Source of the DNA: an uncultured virus (IMG/VR IMGVR_UViG_3300027708_000001) | Lineage: Duplodnaviria > Heunggongvirae > Uroviricota > Caudoviricetes | Reading direction: 5' to 3' (one strand) | IMG/VR virus record: IMGVR_UViG_3300027708_000001 | DNA length: 64,000 nt | In this document: one piece after another, positions 55,986-64,000 of the stretch | How positions within the stretch are numbered: the first letter of the stretch is position 1 | How the letters are laid out: every line of letters starts with the position of its first letter | Program-made: the position numbers and the translations under genes | The notes under the pieces: generated by a model | What the model saw: only the letters and a program-made list of their open reading frames with translations | The model's database searches: none | What the model was told of the DNA's origin: nothing

Positions 55986-56893
55986 AGCCCAACCTTAATT
56001 TTAGCTTGACCATCACGGTATGTATCACCGCGCTCAAGACCCGCGCTAAGACGTGCAAGCTGCCCAATAGCCTCTTGGTACTTATCTTCGTAGTACTTGA
56101 CCATATCGGCTTCGCCTTTCATAAAGATAATAGCCTCGCGCATAGCTCCATAAAGAAGCACAGGGTCATAGTTATCCCCAAGCCAGCTTTCACCTGCAGC
56201 GTTAGATACCGCAGTGACGGTCATTGTAAAGTTACTACCTGTATTACCTATGGACGCACATGATAATACGTCCCCGACAAGGTAAAAATTACCTCCGAAC
56301 TGCAATGTAACTGAAGTGGGTTTACCATTAACTACAAGAATATCCCCGCTAGCATTCGCCCCACTCCCACCAGTAAACGGTACGTTCTGGTAAAGCCCAT
56401 TAATATACCCCACACCGGAGGTAGTTATCGAGAGCGCACTGATCTGCCCTTGAACAATTGTGGGTGGGTAATAGAAATAATGTAACTCAACATTGTAATT
56501 TTGATCCGGTGTAGGGCCTACAATATAAGATAAGTTGTTAATGTTGGTAAATTGAGGGCCAAACAACGCATAGGCTCTAGGCACCCCGGTAGCTGTTGGG
56601 TTCGGGTATACCTCACGAATATAATTCGCGTCCTTATTTAACAGGTAATTGTAGTTACCATTCTGGTCAATTACTGCTACAGAAAACGAAGCTAAATAAT
56701 CACTAGGCAATGAAATATAGGGGTTATTGCCTGTAGCAACGCCCGTTACGTTTTTCCTAAGCGAAGGGATCTGAACTGAATTATAGATACGGTTTTCCGC
56801 TTCCTGTACAAATACAGGAATGTTCGCCACAAACAACGATTCGGTGTTTTCAGCGTAGGATTGGATCGTATTATAAAGCAGTTCGTATTTCAT
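55982..56893 (-). CDS. Probable head-tail connector/tail tubular protein with inserted beta domain
   Basis: Y..L...IQ.Y.EN, AE.RI, GPTPD..Y.VELHY, LLYG...EA..FMKG. Confidence 0.6.
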   Translation of the reverse strand: MKYELLYNTIQSYAENTESLFVANIPVFVQEAENRIYNSVQIPSLRKNVTGVATGNNPYISLPSDYLASFSVAVIDQNGNYNYLLNKDANYIREVYPNPTATGVPRAYALFGPQFTNINNLSYIVGPTPDQNYNVELHYFYYPPTIVQGQISALSITTSGVGYINGLYQNVPFTGGSGANASGDILVVNGKPTSVTLQFGGNFYLVGDVLSCASIGNTGSNFTMTVTAVSNAAGESWLGDNYDPVLLYGAMREAIIFMKGEADMVKYYEDKYQEAIGQLARLSAGLERGDTYRDGQAKIKVGL

Positions 56894-57144
56894 TACGCCA
56901 TCGGCCCTCTAGACGTTTTACCTTTAGTAGCTGCACCATATCCACGCATTTCTATACCGGATGTTTTAGTGCCCTTAGAAGTACCGTAGCTAGGGCCGCT
57001 AGGAATAGGATCAGATAAGCTAGCTTCTCTAGCGGACTTATCTGTGGAGTATGTTCCTGATTCCATTCCTTCAGTGCCACTAACTGTCTTACCAGCCATT
57101 GTATGAGGTTTCGCATACGCACTCGCAGGTTTAGTGTTCTTCAT
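56893..57144 (-). CDS. Small basic head-associated protein
   Basis: C-terminal RGYGAATKG...RGPMA. Confidence 0.65.
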   Translation of the reverse strand: MKNTKPASAYAKPHTMAGKTVSGTEGMESGTYSTDKSAREASLSDPIPSGPSYGTSKGTKTSGIEMRGYGAATKGKTSRGPMA

Positions 57145-57374
57145 TTCTTCTTGCCCCCTTGGTTAGACACCCGGGCTAAGTTACGACCTTCAGCCTTTGC
57201 TTTCTCACTAGTCAACCCGCCTTTGGCGAGCTTGGATAAGCTAGTACCTTTACCGCCTTTATGTTCTTGCTTGTCGTGCATCTTGAAGGCTTTCTTGATG
57301 AGCTTCTTATCTTCAGCTTCATCTTCCTTCATCATCTTGCGATCTTCTGCTTTATCCATGTCTTTTTTAGCCAT
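57141..57374 (-). CDS. Small Lys-rich protein
   Basis: MAKKDMDK...LAKGG. Confidence 0.65.
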   Translation of the reverse strand: MAKKDMDKAEDRKMMKEDEAEDKKLIKKAFKMHDKQEHKGGKGTSLSKLAKGGLTSEKAKAEGRNLARVSNQGGKKK

Positions 57375-57382
57375 TTTACACC

Positions 57383-57817
57383 TCAAGTTGTTGATATTGT
57401 GACTTTACCCGTTAAACCTTTAGAGATCAAATCATTAGGTGTTAGGGTTGAGTCAAAGCCTCTTGCGCCACCTACGGGGCTCCACCCCCACTGAAATACC
57501 CGACTACCACCTTCGGGATACCCAAAACTATCTACATTATTCGCATTAGGATCGTATGGGTTTGTTAGGAGCCCACTAGCTCCAGACATGTAATAACTCG
57601 TATCAGGCCTAGGTTCAAATACTGCTTGCGGGTCATTTACCGGATACATACCCAACTGCAACTGCGGGTGGTCTGGGTTCCAGCACTGCTTACATACTTT
57701 AATACGATAAGGCTTAGTCTTTACTGTCTCAGTTCTAAGTTCTGATAGCTTGTACCGGAATGCGCATCTGTCGCACTCCGCGATAGCATGTTTACCAGAA
57801 GAATACTTATTAGGCAT
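57383..57817 (-). CDS. Zn-finger-type head-module protein
   Basis: CDRC...CKQCW.PDHPQ...DPQAV..PRPD. Confidence 0.7.
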   Translation of the reverse strand: MPNKYSSGKHAIAECDRCAFRYKLSELRTETVKTKPYRIKVCKQCWNPDHPQLQLGMYPVNDPQAVFEPRPDTSYYMSGASGLLTNPYDPNANNVDSFGYPEGGSRVFQWGWSPVGGARGFDSTLTPNDLISKGLTGKVTISTT

Positions 57818-57819
57818 GA

Positions 57820-58752
57820 CTACCTATAATACGACATGTTACGGGGCACAAAACGCGCTGTAGCCTTCTCGCGGTCTTCTTCCGCAGCTTGCTGCCAAGT
57901 CTCATCATACATAGCCTTCAACCCAATAATTCGGTTAGGGTCAACACCTTCAAGCTTTATACTTAAATGATACGCAAGGCCAGCAACCAGTGCGGGCACT
58001 AAGCGGAATGGGATATCTTCAGTATTTACACCATTACCTGCATCTTGCATACGGCGTAAACGATAGTACACAAAAGTGTACTGATTGCCCGGGCTATTTG
58101 GAGTGGGCCATACATTAACCGCAGGGAGATAATTTACATAAATATTCGTATTGATTGGGTGCAATATAGGAGTAGTTCCTGCTTGCCCCCGCCATGCGTT
58201 AACGATCTGGTTCCCCACAATATTCTGGTAGCCGATGGTCTCGTTGTTAATATTAATAAACCCAGTGGTGCGCAACCCTGCCGTGGAATTAAGCAAGATT
58301 GTAGTATCTGTGGGGCCAATAGCCCCAGCTAGCGTCGTCTGAGCGACCGTAGGAACATTTCCCGTTTGGCGATCCACATACATCTGAATAGGTCTCCCAT
58401 ACGTGTTTTTATTTGGTATGGTAGCGTAGGTACTTTCGCTGATCCTATTGATGTTGATGTCGATCTGGTTTGTGGTTTGTCCATTATTTTGTCTAATAAC
58501 TGCATCAAGAATATCTATAGTGTCCACCGGAAGTGGGTATATAGCTTGAAGAGTGTTCAACACAATTTGATCTTGCTCAACGGTCCAAAGGTTAATACCT
58601 TTGTTTGCCCACTCAATTGTTAATAAATTAATTGAGCGCCGTGCTGTGCGGAAATCGTAACCGGAACGTAGCTGCTTACCACAACGTTCAAATGCTTCCT
58701 CAACAAGTTCATCCATGCTGAGGTTAAATGCAGTCGTTCCGGTTGTAGCCAT
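57820..58752 (-). CDS. Probable head-tail adaptor with inserted domain
   Basis: EEAFERCG...ARRS.NLL..EWAN.G.NLWT, IPNK...GRP, VWPTP, GLAY.L. Confidence 0.65.
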   Translation of the reverse strand: MATTGTTAFNLSMDELVEEAFERCGKQLRSGYDFRTARRSINLLTIEWANKGINLWTVEQDQIVLNTLQAIYPLPVDTIDILDAVIRQNNGQTTNQIDININRISESTYATIPNKNTYGRPIQMYVDRQTGNVPTVAQTTLAGAIGPTDTTILLNSTAGLRTTGFININNETIGYQNIVGNQIVNAWRGQAGTTPILHPINTNIYVNYLPAVNVWPTPNSPGNQYTFVYYRLRRMQDAGNGVNTEDIPFRLVPALVAGLAYHLSIKLEGVDPNRIIGLKAMYDETWQQAAEEDREKATARFVPRNMSYYR

Positions 58753-58754
58753 AG

Positions 58755-59201
58755 TTAGCTAGCCTGTGCAGGTGCTACGGTTTCAGATGCAGTGATAGCA
58801 GGGACAGGCTCATTAACAAGCGCAGGAGCAGCCTCAACTACAGGGGTAGATTCTACCACAGGAGCAGGAGCGATAGGAGTATCAACCACAGGAGCAGGAG
58901 CGATAGGAGTATCAACCACAGGAGCAGGAGCGATAGGAGTATCAACCACAGGAGCAGGGGGGGTAGGAGTATCAACCACAGGAGCAAGGGCAGCCTCTAC
59001 CATAGAAGCGACAGTAGGAGCAGCCGCATCAGGGTTAGTATTGGGGGTCTTTGCGGCAACATGGGCTTCTAGGCTATCAATAACGGGGTCTATATGCGCA
59101 TGTGAATTAGCCCCAAATGCGTTATATAACTGTTCGCAACGGGCTTTAAGCTCTTTAATCAACATCTCAGATTCTTTTTCTACGAGTTCAAATAAGTTCA
59201 T
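58755..59201 (-). CDS. Hypothetical protein with Pro/Val/Ala repeat tail
   Basis: APVVDTPIAP decapeptide repeats. Confidence 0.65.
   Translation of the reverse strand: MNLFELVEKESEMLIKELKARCEQLYNAFGANSHAHIDPVIDSLEAHVAAKTPNTNPDAAAPTVASMVEAALAPVVDTPTPPAPVVDTPIAPAPVVDTPIAPAPVVDTPIAPAPVVESTPVVEAAPALVNEPVPAITASETVAPAQAS
58855..58987. repeat. 30-bp tandem repeat (about 4 copies)
   Basis: ACCACAGGAGCAGGAGCGATAGGAGTATCA units. Confidence 0.85.
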
Positions 59202-59335
59202 TTGGATTTCCTTTTAGTAGTGGTCTTGCCACCTTTAGCATATTTAGTAAAGTCGGTATTATCCCTACGGGGCTTTCGCTTCCCCGTAGGCATTTTGGAT
59301 GGGTTTATATCCCCCATTCCACGACTTGCTCTCAT
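59198..59335 (-). CDS. Small basic protein (45 aa, not in ORF track)
   Basis: MRASRGMGDINPSKM...FTKYAKGGK; ATGA overlaps on both sides. Confidence 0.7.
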   Translation of the reverse strand: MRASRGMGDINPSKMPTGKRKPRRDNTDFTKYAKGGKTTTKRKSK

Positions 59336-59739
59336 TTTGTTTTACCGCCCATGCACATCGCTTTTACATGATCATGATGCAGTTTATGCCCTGCAGCATG
59401 CTCTTTGTAATGCTCAGAATGATGTTTAATTTCCCCTCCCTTTTTAAATGATCTTGCCCTGCTTTCTCGGATATTTTGATTAGCTAATTCTCTTGCTTCT
59501 TGGTCTACTTGTTTTGCCCCTCTATCCATTTCAGGGGTAGTATCTCGACCAGCACTTTTTCTTAGCGCATAATCAAACGCTGGCGTATTAACACCCTTAC
59601 CATTAGCTAGTCCAGTAGTTTGAGCCGCAGTTAATAGGTCATAGTTATCAGTAGAGTAATCATAAGGCATCCCAATAGTATTTTTACCCCACTTTCCTTG
59701 GGTTTTTTTCAGCTTTGATACCCCGCTTTCGTCAGCCAT
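59332..59739 (-). CDS. Small head-associated protein with His-rich tail
   Basis: AAGGAG RBS; FKKGG, HHSEHYKEHAAGHKLHHDH, MCMGG. Confidence 0.65.
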   Translation of the reverse strand: MADESGVSKLKKTQGKWGKNTIGMPYDYSTDNYDLLTAAQTTGLANGKGVNTPAFDYALRKSAGRDTTPEMDRGAKQVDQEARELANQNIRESRARSFKKGGEIKHHSEHYKEHAAGHKLHHDHVKAMCMGGKTK

Positions 59740-59749
59740 GACTATCTCC

Positions 59750-60346
59750 TTAGCACTTACCGCCACGTTTCATACCCATGCCGCCCATCATAGCTGCACC
59801 GGGCATAGACACTTGAGTACCTTTAGTACGGCCTTTAGTTTGTACAGGATGTTCGCCACGAGCCATACCGCCAGAGGACATCTTCTTGACCTTAGCTGCA
59901 CCGCCGCACTTCATCTTTTCAATGCCGACCTCTTTACCAGAGTCACCAAAGTTTTTACCCTTGGTGTGGCCTTTCTTCTGCACTGCAGATTCGCCGTGAG
60001 AAGACTTCTTGTTGGAACCTTTCTCCACATCTTCCTTCATGTCACGAGGACCCATAGATTCTTTCGCTTTCATAATTATTCCACCTTCCTTTTTACCTTC
60101 AAATTTGTTTAAATTAACATCTGGAGCACCTTTAGATGCACCCATGATGCTACCCCATCGTGTTTCTTGACGGTTGATCATACCCTTGCCGCCCCGGGTT
60201 ATACCACCTGCAGCAAACTTCTTACCTTTATCGGCCTCAGAAAAGTCCTTACCTACTGACTGAGATACACCTGCCTTCTTAGCAAACTCCTTGTTATGGG
60301 CGATTGCTTCCATGAATCGGTGTTGTTTAGCTGATTTACTAGGCAT
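59750..60346 (-). CDS. Basic Lys/Gly/Met-rich head-associated protein
   Basis: MPSKSAKQHRFM..AHN.EFAKK.GV.QSVG.DF; multiple xxGG motifs. Confidence 0.7.
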   Translation of the reverse strand: MPSKSAKQHRFMEAIAHNKEFAKKAGVSQSVGKDFSEADKGKKFAAGGITRGGKGMINRQETRWGSIMGASKGAPDVNLNKFEGKKEGGIIMKAKESMGPRDMKEDVEKGSNKKSSHGESAVQKKGHTKGKNFGDSGKEVGIEKMKCGGAAKVKKMSSGGMARGEHPVQTKGRTKGTQVSMPGAAMMGGMGMKRGGKC

Positions 60347-60615
60347 TATTTACAGTTCCATCTTTTAAGTGAAGCTGCCTTACGTGTGGGTCTACCCTTC
60401 TCGTCCTTCATGGGTCCGGGCATCCCCGACATACGTGCGCAAAAAGACTTACGTCTACCTGCATCCTTCTCTGTTTTAGGGTGTGGGGCGGGAGCCTTTA
60501 AATTGCTCCCCGTTGCTGCATTGTATTTAGCACGCCCCTTTGCAGTCAGCCCCGCTCCTTTTGAGACCGGAAGCTTTTCGCCCTTCCCTACGGATAAAGA
60601 TGTAGTTTTAGCCAT
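60346..60615 (-). CDS. Small basic conserved phage protein
   Basis: GLTAKGRA.YN...GS.LKAP...RRKSFCARM.G...SLKRWNC. Confidence 0.75.
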   Translation of the reverse strand: MAKTTSLSVGKGEKLPVSKGAGLTAKGRAKYNAATGSNLKAPAPHPKTEKDAGRRKSFCARMSGMPGPMKDEKGRPTRKAASLKRWNCK

Positions 60616-60895
60616 AACAGATTGTGCATGCCGCTATGTTAGTTAACGAGGCATAAATACCGTTAGCTGCAAGGATACCTTCCCCGGGTAGAGTCACAAT
60701 ATAAGGTGTTGCTAATGCTGGAACATCATACTGCCAAAGAATAGTGCCGCTAGCAGCGGAAGCATTATCGTATAACGCAAGGGTCCCTGCGGAACCAGTG
60801 CTTGTAAATACAACCTGCTTTAACCGTGTACGCCCATTCACTAAAGATGCAGAAGTGTTGGTGTGTGCGGACTTAACATCATATTGCACTGTCAT
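60608..60895 (-). CDS. Small virion beta protein
   Basis: DVKS...RLK...LYD...LPGEGIL..NGIY. Confidence 0.7.
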   Translation of the reverse strand: MTVQYDVKSAHTNTSASLVNGRTRLKQVVFTSTGSAGTLALYDNASAASGTILWQYDVPALATPYIVTLPGEGILAANGIYASLTNIAACTICYG

Positions 60896-60910
60896 AATAA
60901 ATCCCCTTAC

Positions 60911-60931
60911 GAAAGGGGGCCGAAGCCCCCC
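60911..60931 (-). terminator. Hairpin with UUCG tetraloop, probable terminator
   Basis: Minus strand GGGGGC-TTCG-GCCCCC-TTT. Confidence 0.65.
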
Positions 60932-60937
60932 GATCTA

Positions 60938-61639
60938 TTAGTCAAAGTTACCGTAAGGGTAAGTATTGATATTGCCGATGTTGTAGTCAGCCTGAGTGTA
61001 GCGCAAGGTGATGCTAACTTGTCCTGCGTTTACTGAGGTCAAACCAGATGCAGTCATAGCTAAAGTCACAACAACTTGTGAGAAGAACTTAGGACCTTGA
61101 CCAATGTTGATGTTCTGCACGTCTTGCAAGGTGCCATTGATGTTGTCTAACTGGGTAGTAGTGTAGGTAGCGTAGCTACGTCCAGCGCCTGTAATTGCAG
61201 CGAATGTACCGTAAATACCAGCAGAAGTAGTGAACTGGTTAGATACATAGGGCTGAATGGAGGTAACTGGGTGAGAGCCATCAGTGGGAATTAAACCTTG
61301 ATCGATAATAATATCAGTGATGTTGGAGCCCCAAGGCAATAAGAAAGACACGCCACGATAGTTTGTACCTGTAGTATCAGCAGTGGGTGCTGAAGCAACA
61401 ACTGGACCTGATTGACTATAAGCACCGTTCTGGGGGACCCAGATAGTCGCAGTGTTGTTAGGAATGTTGTTTGAGCTAACAAACGTACCAGAGCCGCCAC
61501 CATAGTTGGTGGTGCCAGCAACAGTGTTAGAGAAGTCTAAAAACGCGTTCTGAACCATCTGTGCGTATCCAACGTTACGTTGGGGTCCAAAACGCTGTTC
61601 GCCCGCAATAATCGGGCCTGAGAATGTACTACGTGCCAT
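60938..61639 (-). CDS. Probable capsid-associated (spike/decoration) protein
   Basis: Start MARSTFSGP at 61639 after AAGGA RBS; beta-rich. Confidence 0.65.
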   Translation of the reverse strand: MARSTFSGPIIAGEQRFGPQRNVGYAQMVQNAFLDFSNTVAGTTNYGGGSGTFVSSNNIPNNTATIWVPQNGAYSQSGPVVASAPTADTTGTNYRGVSFLLPWGSNITDIIIDQGLIPTDGSHPVTSIQPYVSNQFTTSAGIYGTFAAITGAGRSYATYTTTQLDNINGTLQDVQNINIGQGPKFFSQVVVTLAMTASGLTSVNAGQVSITLRYTQADYNIGNINTYPYGNFD

Positions 61640-61751
61640 GATAAATATCCTTATGCAAAAGTTCCTCACCAATCGTTGCATCGTCTGCTAGGGCAGTGGC
61701 GGTAAGGTTGAATCCCTAGATAAAAGAAGTGTACTACAAATTGATTCTATA

Positions 61752-62501
61752 CTATAGGTTCGTTAAATGTTCAAGTTTATTTGATTTCTTTACCTGTCTT
61801 ACCTCTAACATCTTTGCCCTCCATAAGGGGTTAGCCCACAAAGCTTTCGCTGCAGCCTTCTTTGCGGCCTTAACTTCTGCCCTATTTGCAATCTCTTTAT
61901 TATTCGCTGTCTGTCTAACTGCATATTCTGGATCTGCCCATTGTGCGCTAGCTTGAGCACTTGTCTTAGCTCTAGATTCTGCTGTACTGCGGGAGGCTTT
62001 AATACTAGCGGCTAGCTCTACCCCTTTCTTTACCCAAAGCTTCTTACTATTTTTAGACTTTATTTCAAGCGCTTCCGGGGTACTTTGGGCTATTTTCTGA
62101 CTAGCTATTACTTTGGATCTATATTCAGCGCGTTGCCATTTATCTAGCGAATCTACCCGTATGGATTCTTTCTGCCTTTCTGTGCGTATCGCACCCGATG
62201 CTCCCTCCCCACCATCGGTTCGATTAAATAGCGTCCCCGTCCCTAAATCCTTACGCCCATACAGGGATATTAGTTCAATTTCCTTAGCAAATGCTTCCTC
62301 TTCTCTCTCTGTTTCAAAGACACGCTCACAAATTGCAGTTAACCCACGTTGTTTTAAATGCGAAATAAAGTCTTGAAACGGTTTGTTATGCGACCCCCTA
62401 GACCAATGAGATATATCTCTATCTCCAGTACCTTTGCCAACATACACAGGCTGCCCTAATTTAAGCGGTCGTGGGTCGCGGTAAATATATACGTAGAACA
62501 T
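61752..62501 (-). mobile_element. Free-standing GIY-YIG-type homing endonuclease gene
   Basis: FYVYIYRDP...VYVGKG.G.R, EAF..E..LI..YGR, L.NRTDGGEG, then basic helical W..PE repeats; inserted after capsid terminator. Confidence 0.75.
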
Positions 62502-62624
62502 TTTGCTCTCCAATTAACGATTAAGGATTATCTTACCTTAATGGACGGAGAATTCCAACTAAAATTCGTAACGCTTTACGAAAATAAACCATGAGTTACG
62601 ATACAGGTAATATGCGCTGTAAAT

Positions 62625-62650
62625 AAAAACCCCGCTTTGTGGGCGGGGTT
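62625..62650 (-). terminator. Terminator after major capsid gene
   Basis: Minus strand CCCCGC...GCGGGG followed by T5. Confidence 0.75.
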
Positions 62651-62674
62651 AGTGATACTAAGTGCTTGATTTTA

Positions 62675-63577
62675 TTAATAAGAACCGTAAATACCTAGTG
62701 GGTCAGACCAACCAAAAGAGTAACGCTCACGGGACTTATAACGCACGTTGCCTGTATCGAAGTCTCCATCCATGGAGTTCTGTAAGGGCATACGCTCAAA
62801 CATCTTCAAGCCGTTGGGAACGTCAGTGGTCAAGAACCATGCGTTGGTTGCGGTCAAGAAGTGGTTAATTGTGTAACCTTCAGGGATGGAACCATTGTTT
62901 TCAATGGCGTTAATGTCGTTGTTGTTAGTGCCAACGCGCAGTTTGGTTTCGAGCAAACGAGTTGCAACGAACTGTAGTGCGGGAGGAACAATCAACTTAC
63001 GGGGCTTAGCAGCGATCAGCAGACCACGCTCATCCGTCCATGCAGCGATCTGAATAACAGCGTTTTCCAACGAAGTTTCGTTCAGGTCAGCAGCGGTTTG
63101 GGGAGTGTTGCCATTGGTGCCACCGTTGGACAAGGGGTGAGCAGTATTCAGCAACGATACGCCATCACCACCAACGAATTGGGCTGAGTAGGCATTGTTG
63201 AGAATAGAAGCTGCTTTAACTTGTTTGGTGTACGCCATAGCGCGTGCCAAAGCTTTGGTATAACGAGCAGACAAGGAGTCATACAAGTTATCTTCAATCG
63301 CTTCTTCGGTCAGAGAGAAGCCAAGAGCAACGGTCTCGTGCTGATAACGTGCGGTCCAAGCTTCTTGACCGTTGTCATAAGCAATTGCTGCACCTTCAGC
63401 CTTAACTGGAGCAGCGGAGAAACCAGTCAACTTGGTCTCTTCTTCAAATGAACGCTCGGAAGATTCGATCTCATAAATTTCTTTATGCTCTTCACCGTAG
63501 CGTGCGTACTCCAGACCGAACAATGCGTTCAGGCCGGGGAGCAATTCTTTAAGTAACTGTGCGCGTGAAATTGCCAT
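62675..63577 (-). CDS. Major capsid protein
   Basis: MAISRAQLLKELLPGLNALFG, TEEAIEDNLY, DFDTGNVRYKSRERYSFGWSDP; 300 aa; followed by terminator. Confidence 0.9.
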   Translation of the reverse strand: MAISRAQLLKELLPGLNALFGLEYARYGEEHKEIYEIESSERSFEEETKLTGFSAAPVKAEGAAIAYDNGQEAWTARYQHETVALGFSLTEEAIEDNLYDSLSARYTKALARAMAYTKQVKAASILNNAYSAQFVGGDGVSLLNTAHPLSNGGTNGNTPQTAADLNETSLENAVIQIAAWTDERGLLIAAKPRKLIVPPALQFVATRLLETKLRVGTNNNDINAIENNGSIPEGYTINHFLTATNAWFLTTDVPNGLKMFERMPLQNSMDGDFDTGNVRYKSRERYSFGWSDPLGIYGSY

Positions 63578-63590
63578 GTTAGATTACCCC

Positions 63591-64000
63591 TTAAGCGATT
63601 GAAGTAGCGGAGTAATAGCCATGCAACGCTTGGTTGAACTTGACTAATACTTCTGGATATTGAGTGAACACCAAGGTAGCACCCGCTGCAATAGCAGTGG
63701 AAGGTGCTTGGTTCAGGATGATTGAAGTAGAACCAGCGGCTACAGGAGCGCCAGTACCAGCACCAATCACGAATGAACCAGTACCAATGTACTGACCATT
63801 GGAAGCCAAGGAACCTACTTCAGTACCTACGGGCAGAGCGAAAGGAATGCCAGAAGCAGTCGTAATCGTCGCAGTAGCAATTGAAGAGAAGGTCGAGGTG
63901 CCAAGAGCAATAGCAGTGTCACGCACGATGTCAACAACACGGAAAGGCAGGGTGGTGGTAACAGGAGTGGCGTAAGGAGCCAGAATACCGTTGTACGAAT
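63591..64000 (-). CDS. C-terminal part of probable capsid decoration/cement protein (start outside window)
   Basis: Open frame to window end; directly upstream of MCP; ends EVLVKFN. Confidence 0.55.
   Translation of the reverse strand, partial: SYNGILAPYATPVTTTLPFRVVDIVRDTAIALGTSTFSSIATATITTASGIPFALPVGTEVGSLASNGQYIGTGSFVIGAGTGAPVAAGSTSIILNQAPSTAIAAGATLVFTQYPEVLVKFNQALHGYYSATSIA

Noticed and set aside
1..64000. Stop-codon reassignment, or tRNA/rRNA genes
   Set aside because: Core genes are full length in the standard code with TAA, TAG and TGA all used as stops; no tRNA cloverleaf or rRNA recognised by eye.

Overview
The window is a near-complete, circularly permuted genome of a tailed dsDNA phage. 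It looks like a podovirus: there is no tape-measure or sheath gene, but there are nozzle/stabilisation and ejection-type proteins. No integrase was seen. The minus strand carries the packaging/head genes (TerS, TerL, portal, GroES, start of a probable scaffold; 1-5786) and the long late block (capsid, small basic head proteins, adaptors, many fibre/adhesin proteins, lysis cassette, ejection proteins, a 1897-aa polyvalent protein; 26266-64000). The plus strand (6179-26176) carries early genes, including a DUF3150-like + MoxR-type AAA + metallopeptidase/vWA trio, and a replication module (PolA, PD-(D/E)XK nuclease, HNH, SNF2 helicase, SSB-like protein, primase-DUF927 helicase). The most striking signals not explained by the gene list are: (1) six copies of an 18-22 bp palindrome TCCAAACA-NN-TGTTTGGA confined to early intergenic gaps; (2) a ~310 bp nested inverted-repeat element with 31-bp perfect arms beside a divergent RHH/Arc-like gene; (3) a candidate ~80-nt sRNA with three anti-Shine-Dalgarno CU-rich segments; (4) a candidate pseudoknotted 5' leader; (5) a recurrent [FYML]xxGG peptide motif in putative capsid-internal proteins; (6) matched 50-aa duplications on both arms of an ejection protein. 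All product calls come from motif recognition by eye; no searches were run.
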